From Vicinamibacterales bacterium (lineage in GTDB: Bacteria; Acidobacteriota; Vicinamibacteria; Vicinamibacterales; UBA8438), in assembly GCA_965207615.1 (NCBI GenBank), contig CBDBMZ010000003.1, positions 139,854 through 203,853 on the forward strand: DNA of 64,000 nt. The letters run 5' to 3'. The translations under genes and the position numbers were made by a program. The notes under the pieces were generated by a model, which searched no databases, was not told the DNA's origin, and worked only from the letters and a program-made list of their open reading frames with translations. How positions within the stretch are numbered: the first letter of the stretch is position 1; each line of letters starts with the position of its first letter. Positions 53,380-62,358 of this stretch are shown here, piece by piece.

Positions 53380-55242
53380 ATGAGTCTGTCTACCAACCGG
53401 AGCGGCTGGATGTCGATTCCGCTCCTGTCACTGCTGTGCCTTCTCGCCGTACCGGCGGCCGCGGTCGCCCAGGAGGGTTCGGCCGGCGACGCCTCGCAGT
53501 GGGTCATGCCGAACGCCAACTACGCCGGCTGGAACTACAGCCCGCTCGACCAGATCAACGTCGACAACGTCGGGCAGCTCACGATGACGTGGACGATGCA
53601 GCTCGGCGTCCACGATTCGTACGAGGCCTCGCCGCTCGTGATCGGCGACACGATGTACATCGTCACCCCCGAGCCGAACTACGTCTACGCGCTCGACCTC
53701 GCCCGGGACGGCTTCATCAAGTGGGAGTTCCGCCCCGAGATTCCCGACGCGGAGCTGACGCGGAGGAGCGCCTGCTGCGGCGCGCAGACCCGCGGCCTGG
53801 GCTACGACGACGGCCGGATCTTCTTCTCCACCCTCGACGGCCAGGTGTTCGGGCTCGACGCGGAGACCGGAGAGCAGCTCTGGCAGGCCGATAACGCGAG
53901 CGTCGAGATGGGGGAGACGGTTCCCGGCATGCCGCTCGTGGTCGGCGACAAGGTCATCGTGGGCGTGGCCGGCGGCGAGCGCGGCGTCCGCGGCCACGTC
54001 ACCGCCTACAACCTCGACGACGGCCGGCTCCGGTGGCGGTACTACAGCATGGGGCCGAACAACGAGGTGGGCATCGGGTCCCGCTTCGCCCCCTTCTATC
54101 CGGACGACCGGATCGACAACCCGGCCCTCGACACCTGGTCGGGCGACTCGTGGCGGCGCGGCGGCGGCGCCGTCTGGGGCTGGTTCACGTACGACGCCGA
54201 GCTCAACCTCTTCTACTACGGCACGAGCAACTGCGCCCCCTGGAACCCGGACTACCGCCGGGAGTGGGGCGTGGTCGAGCTGGACGAGGACGGGGGCCTC
54301 ACCGGCTTCCGGAACAACTACTGCGCTTCGATCCTGGCCCGCGACGCCGACACCGGAGACCTGATCTGGGCCTACAACATGACCCCCCAGGACCAGTGGG
54401 ACCTCGACGAGCCCAACGTGAACCTCCTCGTCGACCTCGAGATCGACGGCGAGGTGCGCAAGGCGCTGGTCCGCCCGGCGAGGAACGGCTACTTCTACGT
54501 GTTCGATCGCGCGACGGGCGAGATGCTCCTCGAGCCCTGGATGTTCGTCTACAACGACATCTTCGACGGCATCAACATGGAGACCGGCCGTCCGCGCTAC
54601 GACATGACGAAGATGATGTTCACCGACGTCGAGGACAGGCAGCGGTACCTGCCCGACGCCGAGAACGTCGCCATCGGCTGGTGTCCCGGCATCGCCGCCC
54701 GGAACTGGCAGAACGACGCGTTCTCCCCGCGCACCGGACTCGTGTACACGCCGACCTCGAACAGTTGCGACCGGCTGAGAATGGTCGAGGGCGAGTACGT
54801 GCCGGGGAACGACTACACGCTCCGCGAGCGCGGCGGCCGCGCCCCGGAGCCGCCCAACGCCGAGGTCGTCAACGAGCTGCAGGCTAACGATCCGGTGGCG
54901 GGCGAGACGGTCTGGCGGGTCCAGTTCACGACCGCCAACAACGCGCCGGTCATGGCCACCGGCGGTGATCTGCTCTTCCAGGGCGGCCCCAACGAGGGCG
55001 TGGTGCGGGCGTTCGACGCCCGGACCGGGGACATCGTCTGGACGTTCCGGACCGGGACCAACTTCCGGAACTCGCCCATCACCTACCTCGGGCCGGACGG
55101 CCGGCAGTACGTCGCCGTCATCGGCAGCCAGCGCCCGGGCAGCGTTCAGATCACGCCGGACGCCGAGCCCGACGCGGTCGACCGCTTCCGGCGGGCGGGC
55201 AGCGCCCTCTACGTGTTCGCGCTCCCGCCGGCCGCCGACTGA
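53380..55242 (+). CDS. PQQ-dependent alcohol/methanol dehydrogenase, XoxF/ExaA-like 8-bladed propeller
   Basis: AAGGAG RBS and a signal peptide. ..NYAGWNYSPLDQINVDNVGQL..SYEASPLVIGDTMYIVTP.., vicinal Cys-Cys (SACCG), ..GGERGVRGHVTAYNLDDG.., ..QDQWDLDEPN... Track ORF 53050.. includes spurious upstream codons. Confidence 0.85.
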   Translation: MSLSTNRSGWMSIPLLSLLCLLAVPAAAVAQEGSAGDASQWVMPNANYAGWNYSPLDQINVDNVGQLTMTWTMQLGVHDSYEASPLVIGDTMYIVTPEPNYVYALDLARDGFIKWEFRPEIPDAELTRRSACCGAQTRGLGYDDGRIFFSTLDGQVFGLDAETGEQLWQADNASVEMGETVPGMPLVVGDKVIVGVAGGERGVRGHVTAYNLDDGRLRWRYYSMGPNNEVGIGSRFAPFYPDDRIDNPALDTWSGDSWRRGGGAVWGWFTYDAELNLFYYGTSNCAPWNPDYRREWGVVELDEDGGLTGFRNNYCASILARDADTGDLIWAYNMTPQDQWDLDEPNVNLLVDLEIDGEVRKALVRPARNGYFYVFDRATGEMLLEPWMFVYNDIFDGINMETGRPRYDMTKMMFTDVEDRQRYLPDAENVAIGWCPGIAARNWQNDAFSPRTGLVYTPTSNSCDRLRMVEGEYVPGNDYTLRERGGRAPEPPNAEVVNELQANDPVAGETVWRVQFTTANNAPVMATGGDLLFQGGPNEGVVRAFDARTGDIVWTFRTGTNFRNSPITYLGPDGRQYVAVIGSQRPGSVQITPDAEPDAVDRFRRAGSALYVFALPPAAD

Positions 55243-55249
55243 GGCCTCA

Positions 55250-55394
55250 GGAGTCCGCGTCGTGGAACGGCGCGGACTCCCGCGGGGTTGGTTGAGGCGC
55301 CAGGCGGCGATTGGCCGTCGAGGAGTCTGCGCTGTAGAGCGGCGTACTCCTGCAGGGTTGATTGGCGCCAAGCGGAGCCGACGGCGGCGATTGG
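55250..55394 (+). repeat. ~70-nt intergenic repeat, tandem copies B (55250-55314) and C (55322-55394), just after the PQQ-dehydrogenase stop
   Basis: B: ggagtccgcgtcgtggaacggcgcggactcccgcggggttggttgaggcgccaggcggcgattgg. C: ggagtctgcgctgtagagcggcgtactcctgcagggttgattggcgccaagcggagccgacggcggcgattgg. B holds a perfect 9-bp hairpin, gagtccgcg..cgcggactc. Confidence 0.8.
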
Positions 55395-55496
55395 AGGCGA
55401 GGCGGGAGACGCGCGGTGAGGCGCCCGGGGCCCGGCCCCGGAGGCCGTCGGCGCCTCACCGCATTGGGCCACGCGGAGGTCTCACCAAGGGCTCGC

Positions 55497-57761
55497 ATGC
55501 CCAGACTCCTGGCAAGCCTCCCGGTTCCGCGGTCCTCGTCGCTCCGGATCCGGGTCCTGGCCCTGACCTGCGCCTGCCACTGCATCATTGCCCTCCCTCC
55601 GTGGGTCGCCACTGCTCAGCAGACCACAGATCCGGTTCGCTCGGCCGTCGTGACGCGGGTCGCCGCGGAGATCGTCATCGACGGGTCGCTCGACGAGGCA
55701 GCGTGGCGGCAGGCGCCGACCATCGGCGACCTGGTCCAGAGAATCCCCGTGGCCGGGGCGGCGCCCACCGAAAGGACCGAGGTCAGGCTGCTCTACGACG
55801 AGGAGAACCTCTATATCGGCGTGATGTGTCACGACTCGGAACCCGACCGCGTGCTGGCGTCGCAGATGGCGCGCGACGCGAGCCTGAATGCCGACGACCG
55901 CCTCGCCATCGTGCTCGACACGTTCCGCGACCAGAGCAACGCCTTCCATTTCGCCACCAATCCGGCCGGCGCCATGGTCGACGGCCTGGTGTTCGCGAAC
56001 GGCGAGACGAACGACGACTGGGACGGCATCTGGATCGTGCGGACGGCGCGAACCGGCGCGGGGTGGAGCGCGGAGTTCGCCATCCCCTTCAAGACCCTGA
56101 GCTTCCCGGCCGGCGAGACCGTCTGGGGCTTCAACATCGCCCGCACGATTCAGCGGAAGCTGGAAGAGAACCGCTGGACGGGGGCGCGCTTCCAGACCCA
56201 GTTCTTCCAGATTTCCGAGGCGGGCCGGATCACCGACCTCGAAGGCCTGCAGCAGGGTGCAGGGCTCGACGTCCGCCCCTTCATGGCGCGGCTATGGCCG
56301 CGCCCGGACACCGGGGGCGACACCGTCGTCGGGAAGCCCGGCGTGGACCTGTTCTACAACATCACCCCGAGCCTCAAGCTGTCCTTCACCGCGAACACCG
56401 ACTTCGGCGAGACCGAAGTGGACGCGCGGCAGATCAATCTCACGCGCTTCTCCATCTTCTTTCCCGAGAAGCGGACGTTCTTCCTGCAGGACGCCGGCGT
56501 CTTCAACTTCGCGACCACCGGCATCGATCCGCCGGGCGGCATTCCGGGCACCGGGGCCGAGATCTTTCCGTTCTTCAGCCGGAGAATCGGCCTGCTCGGC
56601 GGGCGGGAGGTGCCAATCGACTACGGCGCCAAGCTGACCGGGAGGGTCGGCAGGACCGAGGTCGGCATGCTCGACGTGCGCACCCGCGGCGTGCCCGCCG
56701 CCGAGGGCGGCAACCTGCTGGTGGGGCGCCTCAAGCGGAACTTCCTGGAGCAGTCGTACGTGGGCGCCATTCTCACGAACGGCGACCCCGCTTCCGCGCT
56801 CTCGAGCAGCACCGTGGGCGTGGATCTGCGGTTGGCCACGTCCGATTTCCTGGGCCGCGGTCAGAACCTGGTCTTCAGCGCCTTCGGCCTCCGGAGCGAC
56901 AACGAGGGCGTCGCCGACGACAACGCGTCCTTCGGCTTCGGGGCGCACTATCCCAACGACAGGTACGAGGCCCAGATTCTCTGGCGGGAGATTCAGGGCA
57001 ACTTCGACCCGGCGATCGGCTTCGTGCAGCGCAGCAACGTGCGGATGCTCCGGGTCGCGGGCAGCTTCAACCCGCGCCCGAGTCCGTCGACCGGCATCCA
57101 GCAGATGTTCCACGACGTCTTCTACACGCGCTTCACCCGGCTCGACAACGGACTGGTCGAGAGCTGGGACATCTATGCCACCCTGGTCGACTGGCACTTC
57201 AACTCGGGCGACTCGCTGCACAGCCTGTTCGACCTGAACCCGACCTACGAGCGCCTGTTCGAGCCGTTCGAGATCTCGCCCGGCGTCGTCCTTCCCGTGG
57301 GCGAGTACCGCTTCATGCCCATGCGCATCTTCTTCACCTCGGCGCAGAAGCGGCGGCTGCAGGGCAGCGTCGGCCTGACGTTCGGCAACTACTGGTCTGG
57401 CACCGCGCAGGCGCTCCGGACGGGCATCAGCTACAAGCTCCCGCCCAACTTCCTGGTCAGCTTCAATGCCGACCAGACGTTCGCCAGCCTGCCGGAAGGC
57501 GATTTCGTCGCCCGCATCTACAGCTCGGAAGTGAACTACGCGGTCTCGCCCTTCCTCACGTTCTCCAACCTGATACAGTTCGACAACCGATCGGGGAACC
57601 TCGGCCTCCAGAGCCGCGTGCACTGGACCCTGGAGCCGGGAAACGACCTCTTCTTCGTATTCGGCCAGGGCTGGGTGCACGACCTCGAGCGGGGCTACCG
57701 CGCTTTCCGGAGGCAGGACTCGAGGCTGGCCACCAAGCTCCAGTACACGTTCCGCTTCTGA
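55497..57761 (+). CDS. CBM9-like / DUF5916-family outer-membrane-type protein
   Basis: ..IDGSLDEAAWRQAP..LYDEENLYIGVMCHDSEP..DDRLAIVLDTFRDQSNAFHFATNPAG..WDGIW..GWSAEFAIPFKTLSF.. followed by a long beta-rich C-terminal part ending ..KLQYTFRF. Confidence 0.75.
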   Translation: MPRLLASLPVPRSSSLRIRVLALTCACHCIIALPPWVATAQQTTDPVRSAVVTRVAAEIVIDGSLDEAAWRQAPTIGDLVQRIPVAGAAPTERTEVRLLYDEENLYIGVMCHDSEPDRVLASQMARDASLNADDRLAIVLDTFRDQSNAFHFATNPAGAMVDGLVFANGETNDDWDGIWIVRTARTGAGWSAEFAIPFKTLSFPAGETVWGFNIARTIQRKLEENRWTGARFQTQFFQISEAGRITDLEGLQQGAGLDVRPFMARLWPRPDTGGDTVVGKPGVDLFYNITPSLKLSFTANTDFGETEVDARQINLTRFSIFFPEKRTFFLQDAGVFNFATTGIDPPGGIPGTGAEIFPFFSRRIGLLGGREVPIDYGAKLTGRVGRTEVGMLDVRTRGVPAAEGGNLLVGRLKRNFLEQSYVGAILTNGDPASALSSSTVGVDLRLATSDFLGRGQNLVFSAFGLRSDNEGVADDNASFGFGAHYPNDRYEAQILWREIQGNFDPAIGFVQRSNVRMLRVAGSFNPRPSPSTGIQQMFHDVFYTRFTRLDNGLVESWDIYATLVDWHFNSGDSLHSLFDLNPTYERLFEPFEISPGVVLPVGEYRFMPMRIFFTSAQKRRLQGSVGLTFGNYWSGTAQALRTGISYKLPPNFLVSFNADQTFASLPEGDFVARIYSSEVNYAVSPFLTFSNLIQFDNRSGNLGLQSRVHWTLEPGNDLFFVFGQGWVHDLERGYRAFRRQDSRLATKLQYTFRF

Positions 57762-57767
57762 GGAAAC

Positions 57768-57784
57768 GGCGACCGCGGGTCGCC
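57768..57784 (+). terminator. Short GC hairpin 7 nt after the stop (ggcgacc-gcg-ggtcgcc); no U-tract
   Basis: Seen directly. Weak evidence for terminator function. Confidence 0.3.
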
Positions 57785-57826
57785 ATCACATGAGGCGCCT
57801 CGCGGGGAGGCGCAGGAGGTTGCCAC

Positions 57827-59131
57827 ATGGTCAGTCGACGCAGGTTCAATACGCTGCTCGCGGGAACGGCCGGCTGGGTCGCCGCGGGTCCGCTCGGCAC
57901 GTCCGCCGCGGGTCCGCTCGGCACGTCCGCCGCGGGTCCGCTCGGCACCGCCGCCGCGCAGTCGCAGCCGCGCGGCGCGGTGTATGCCAGCCTGGGCGCC
58001 CGGCTTTACCGGGTTCGCCGCGACGGCGATGCCCTCGTGCGGGAGCCCCGCCCGGTGGTTCTGCCCGCGCAGGTGCAGGAGGGGTGGCAGCACCCGTCGG
58101 GCCGCTACTTCTACATCGCCAGCAGCGACCAGCGCACGTCGACGGCCCGCGTGCGGCATCACTATCTGAACGCGTTCCGGGTCGATTCGTCGGGAGATCT
58201 CCAGCCGCACGGCGGGGCGGTGGAGCTGCCGCACCGGCCAATCTTCATCACCGTCGACCAGCGCGGCGAGTACGTGCTGTCGGCCTACAGCTTCCCGAGC
58301 TCCCTCTCGGTGCACCGGCTCGCCGCCGACGGGTCGATCGGCGACATGGTCGAGCAGCGGGCGACCCTCGACGCGGGCTACTATGCGCACGCGGTGTACG
58401 TCATGCCGTCGAACCGCGCGGTCCTGCTGCCGGCGCGCGGCAACGAGCCCGACCCCGGCGTCCACACCGAGGACCCGGGCGGCCTCTTCCTGTACGGCTT
58501 CGAGAACGGCCAGTTGACCAACAAGCAGACGGTGGCGCCGAACGGGGGGCTCGCGTACCGCGCGCGGCACGCCGACTTCCACCCGTCGGGCCGCTGGGTC
58601 TACGTCGATCTGGAGACCCAGAACCTGCTGCACACCTACGCCATCGGGGCCGACGACACGCTGTCGGAGGAGCCGGTGTTCGCCAGCACGACGCTGGCCG
58701 CGCCGGAGGCCTATCGCGGTGGGCAGACGACGTCGTCGATCCGCATGCACCCGACCGACGGCCGGACCCTCTACGTGGCGAACCGCGGCCGCGGAACGGA
58801 GATCTTCCGGGGCGAGACGGTGTCGAACGGCACCGAGAACACCATTTCCGTCTTCTCCGTCGATGCTGGCACCGGCGAGCCGACCCTGGTGCAGACCATC
58901 GACACCCGCAGCGTCGCCGTGAGAAACATGGCGTTCCAGCCGGACGGCCGGTCGATGGTCGCCTCGAGCCCGGAGCCGGGACAGGTCCGCACCGACGGGC
59001 GCCTGGAGACGGTGCCGGCGGCGCTGACGTTGTACGACATCGAGGCGGATGGCCGGCTGGCGTTCAAGTCCGTCCTGCCGATCGACACGCGGGGCGAGTC
59101 GATGTTCTGGTCCGGGATCGTCCGCTACTGA
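57827..59131 (+). CDS. 7-bladed beta-propeller lactonase family protein, Tat-exported
   Basis: SRRRFNTLLAG twin-arginine signal. ..LYVANRGRGTE..NTISVFSVDAGTGEPTL.. and repeated propeller blades. Confidence 0.75.
   Translation: MVSRRRFNTLLAGTAGWVAAGPLGTSAAGPLGTSAAGPLGTAAAQSQPRGAVYASLGARLYRVRRDGDALVREPRPVVLPAQVQEGWQHPSGRYFYIASSDQRTSTARVRHHYLNAFRVDSSGDLQPHGGAVELPHRPIFITVDQRGEYVLSAYSFPSSLSVHRLAADGSIGDMVEQRATLDAGYYAHAVYVMPSNRAVLLPARGNEPDPGVHTEDPGGLFLYGFENGQLTNKQTVAPNGGLAYRARHADFHPSGRWVYVDLETQNLLHTYAIGADDTLSEEPVFASTTLAAPEAYRGGQTTSSIRMHPTDGRTLYVANRGRGTEIFRGETVSNGTENTISVFSVDAGTGEPTLVQTIDTRSVAVRNMAFQPDGRSMVASSPEPGQVRTDGRLETVPAALTLYDIEADGRLAFKSVLPIDTRGESMFWSGIVRY
57881..57952 (+). repeat. 3 x 24-nt perfect/near-perfect tandem repeat inside the signal peptide (AAGPLGTS x3)
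   Basis: gccgcgggtccgctcggcacgtcc x2, then gccgcgggtccgctcggcaccgcc. Confidence 0.95.
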
Positions 59132-59375
59132 GGTGGGACCCGGCAGGGAACGCCGCGGCGCCGAAATCGAACCGGGACCGCGGTTGTCGTCTGACAGAGT
59201 GCTGCCGCGCCGCACGTCGAGCCGGCGCGTCTACAAGCACCACTGGCGACGATCACGGTGGCCGGACCGCTGCCGGCCGGCGGAATCGCGCAGGGCAGCC
59301 GTGCCACGGCAGGCACGGGAGCGAAAGCAGGGCCGTAGCTCGATGCACTGAACTTCACTTCCCCGGGAGCGTGCG

Positions 59376-61118
59376 ATGTTCCGACAGCGTCTTGGATTCT
59401 CTCTTTCGATGCTTGCTTCCGTGCTGCTCGCGCCGCTCGCGGTGACGGCGCAGTCCAGCGAAGATGCCGGCTTCGTGCCCGTCACCGACGCCATGCTCGA
59501 GGGCCCCGCGCCGGACGACTGGCTCATGTGGCGCCGCACGCAGAACGGTTGGGGCTACAGTCCGCTCGACCAGGTGAACCGCGACAACGTCGGCGACCTG
59601 CGACTGGTGTGGACGCGGGCCCTGGCGGAGGGCGCCCAGGAGGGGACCCCGCTGGCCTACGGCGGCGTCCTCTACATGCCGAACCCGAGGGACCACCTGC
59701 AGGCCATCGACGCCGTCACCGGCGACCTGCTCTGGGAGTACCGGCGCGACATCCCCGAGGACGTCCCCGAGATCATGGGCGGCCTGACCGACAACAACCG
59801 GAACGTCGCCATCTACGGCAACCTGATCATCGACACCAGCAACGACGACTACGTCTACGCCCTCGACGCCGAGAGCGGCGAGCTGGTCTGGGAGACGCAG
59901 ATCTTCGACTACCAGGTGCACCCCGCCCGGCATTCCTCGGGCCCCATCGTCGGCGGGGGGAGGATCTACTCGGGGCGTAGCTGCCGCCCGCGGGCGGGGC
60001 CGGTCTCGTGCGTCATCGTCGCCCACGACGCCGCCACCGGCGAGGAGCTCTGGCGGACCGGCCTCGTGCCGGCGCCGGGCGAGCCGGGCGACGAGACCTG
60101 GGGCGGCGTGCCTTACGAGGAGCGCATGCACGTCGGCTCGTGGATGGTGCCGAGCTACGACCCCGAGCTCGACCTCGTCTACGTCGGCACCTCCGTCACG
60201 TCGCCGGCCCCGAAGTTCATGCTCGGCGGCGTCGACAACCGCCACCTCTACCACAACTCGACCCTCGCCCTCGACGGCGAGACGGGGGCCATCCGCTGGT
60301 ACTACCAGCACCTGAACGACCACTGGGACCTCGACCACCCCTACGAGCGCCTCCTCGTCGACACCGCGGTCGCGCCCGACCCCGACGCCGTCGCCTGGAT
60401 CAACCCGCGGCTCCGCCCCGGCGAGGAGCGCCGGGTCATGACCGGCATTCCCGGCAAGACCGGCGTGGTGTACACCCTCGACCGCGAGACCGGCGAGTTC
60501 CTCTGGGCCACCCCGACCATCGCCCAGAACGTGATCAGCGACATCGACGGCGCGACCGGCGCGGTCACCGAGAACTCGGAGCTCGTCTTCACCGACCTCG
60601 GGCAGGAGGTGCTGTCGTGCCCCTCGTGGGGCGGCGGCAAGAACTGGCCGGCCGGCGCGTACAGCCCGCTGACCAACACCATGTACTTCCCGATGCAGAA
60701 CACCTGCGCGCGGGTGCTCTCGACGATGGACGGCGGGCTCGCCATCTACCGCCTCGCCGCCCGCTTCCAGCTCGCGCCGGGGACGGACGACCTCGGCAGC
60801 GTGTGGGCCATCGACGCGGCGACCGGCGAGACCACGTGGCTGCACGAGCAGCGGGCCTCCACCTACGCCCTCGTTGCGACCGGCGGCGGGCTCGTCTTCG
60901 GCGGCGACGGCAACGGCCGGTTCCGGGCGTTCGACCACGAAACCGGCGAGGTGCTGTGGGAGATCAACCTGGGGTCGGCGGTCAGCGGCTTCCCGATCAC
61001 CTACGCGGTCGACGGGCGGCAGTACGTCGTGGCCAGCACCAGCGCGCGGCGGTCTGGGCTGACGCCGGAGCTGCGCCCGAGTTCGGGCAACAATCTGTTC
61101 GTGTTTGGGCTGCCTTGA
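59376..61118 (+). CDS. PQQ-dependent dehydrogenase (580 aa, no cytochrome domain)
   Basis: Signal peptide. ..WLMWRRTQNGWGYSPLDQVNRDNVGDLRLVW..EGTPLAYGGVLYMP.. and repeated propeller W-motifs. ..NDHWDLDHPYE... This is the full-length paralogue of the fragment at 42739-43567. Confidence 0.85.
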   Translation: MFRQRLGFSLSMLASVLLAPLAVTAQSSEDAGFVPVTDAMLEGPAPDDWLMWRRTQNGWGYSPLDQVNRDNVGDLRLVWTRALAEGAQEGTPLAYGGVLYMPNPRDHLQAIDAVTGDLLWEYRRDIPEDVPEIMGGLTDNNRNVAIYGNLIIDTSNDDYVYALDAESGELVWETQIFDYQVHPARHSSGPIVGGGRIYSGRSCRPRAGPVSCVIVAHDAATGEELWRTGLVPAPGEPGDETWGGVPYEERMHVGSWMVPSYDPELDLVYVGTSVTSPAPKFMLGGVDNRHLYHNSTLALDGETGAIRWYYQHLNDHWDLDHPYERLLVDTAVAPDPDAVAWINPRLRPGEERRVMTGIPGKTGVVYTLDRETGEFLWATPTIAQNVISDIDGATGAVTENSELVFTDLGQEVLSCPSWGGGKNWPAGAYSPLTNTMYFPMQNTCARVLSTMDGGLAIYRLAARFQLAPGTDDLGSVWAIDAATGETTWLHEQRASTYALVATGGGLVFGGDGNGRFRAFDHETGEVLWEINLGSAVSGFPITYAVDGRQYVVASTSARRSGLTPELRPSSGNNLFVFGLP

Positions 61119-61302
61119 CTCGCAAGGCCATGTTGGGCAACCTGCCCTGAACGGCAGCCGCCAACCTGACAACTCCCCGTCTCGCTGACGGGCCGTGGCG
61201 CACTTTCTCAGGCGCCCACCAGAAGAGTGGTAGATTGTTCATGGGATGCTGCGACATGTTCGTGTGACTTGGAGGCGGGAGATGCCAGGTGTGCGGGAGA
61301 CC

Positions 61303-61962
61303 ATGTCGAAGTGGACGTCGACATCGACAACGGCACTGACGGTACTGTCCACTCCGGTGCTCGCAGGTGCTACGCTGTATCTGGCGATCAGTGCCAGGGA
61401 CAGTGCCTACAGCGCAAGAGAAGCAGCGGAGGCGGCGCGTGAGACGGCTGTAGCAGTTGAGGCAGCTGTCAATGTGGTGCGAGAGACTGCTGACATCGCT
61501 CGAGAATCGGTTGATGTCACCAGGGATTGGTTTGAGCTGAGCCAACGGCCGTTTATTAGCTTGGGTGGCTGGGAGATCGTCGCACGCGATAGTGGCAGGG
61601 TCGTTATTCGGGGAAGATTGAGTGATGTGGCCGGTGTGCCGACGGCCATAGAGAATGTCTGCATTTGGTCGAGGCCGCAGCAAGTTGTAGAAAGTCAGAG
61701 GAATTTTGTTCGGGTTAATCTGGATGACAATGCAATTGCCTTCATGGACCATCATCAATGGGTTCTTTATGGACCACTTCCTCTGCGAACACAGGTTGTG
61801 GGCCAACGAATCGGTTTTCTGAGTACCATTTATTCATTCTCGCGTGAAGGTACGTCTTCAAGCGAAACATGGCGTGTGGATTCGGAGGTACAGGTCGCGG
61901 AAGAGTCTCGGCTCCTCATCAGGACAATCGACATGTATCGAGTAGAGGAGGTTACCTGCTAA
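61303..61962 (+). CDS. Membrane-anchored hypothetical protein in a low-GC islet
   Basis: TM segment ALTVLSTPVLAGATLYLAI, then a helical Ala/Glu-rich segment and a beta-rich domain. I recognise no motif. Local composition is far below the window norm. Confidence 0.55.
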   Translation: MSKWTSTSTTALTVLSTPVLAGATLYLAISARDSAYSAREAAEAARETAVAVEAAVNVVRETADIARESVDVTRDWFELSQRPFISLGGWEIVARDSGRVVIRGRLSDVAGVPTAIENVCIWSRPQQVVESQRNFVRVNLDDNAIAFMDHHQWVLYGPLPLRTQVVGQRIGFLSTIYSFSREGTSSSETWRVDSEVQVAEESRLLIRTIDMYRVEEVTC

Positions 61963-62126
61963 CGATAATCGTCAGCGGTCGCCCGGATCAGCTCCAGGAG
62001 CTCAGTGGCAGGCTTATCGAGTAGCCCGAATTCCGGGCGACCTCCTCACCCTGCGATTCGAGCGTCTGCTCCTCGCCGAACCTCGCCGGCTGATATCGTG
62101 GCGTCACCGGTGGCTCTGCCGCCATC

Positions 62127-62165
62127 TTGGTTGACACGTGTACCGATGTGTATTATTTACACATG
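62127..62165 (+). promoter_or_regulatory. Putative hicAB promoter/operator
   Basis: TTGACA 62131-62136. TATTAT 62151-62156 or TATTTA 62154-62159. The inverted repeat ATGTGTA-ttatt-TACACAT (62146-62164) overlaps the -10 element and the hicA ATG. Confidence 0.4.
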
Positions 62166-62330
62166 AACAGTGCGGCAGTCATCAAGCGGCTCCGGCGAGC
62201 CGGCTGGGTGCTTCGGCGGGTGAAGGGCAGCCACCATCACTTCACGCACCCGACCAGGCCCGGCGTCGTGACGGTGCCACACCCGCGTCGAGACATCATG
62301 CTTGGCACGCTGCGAGACATCTTCCGCTAG
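62163..62330 (+). CDS. hicA: HicA mRNA-interferase toxin
   Basis: VIKRLRRAGWVLRRVKGSHHHFTHPTRPGVVTVPHPRRDIMLGTLRDIFR is a canonical HicA sequence. Confidence 0.9.
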   Translation: MNSAAVIKRLRRAGWVLRRVKGSHHHFTHPTRPGVVTVPHPRRDIMLGTLRDIFR

Positions 62331-62358
62331 GCAGGCTGGAAGTGGAAGGATCGGTAAG

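Noticed and set aside
62131-62142. Shared ACACGTGTA between the hicA promoter (gacacgtgtacc) and the junction palindrome at 42724-42737
   Set aside because: The match is only 9 nt, centred on the common CACGTG palindrome, and I see no other link between the two loci. I treat it as coincidence.
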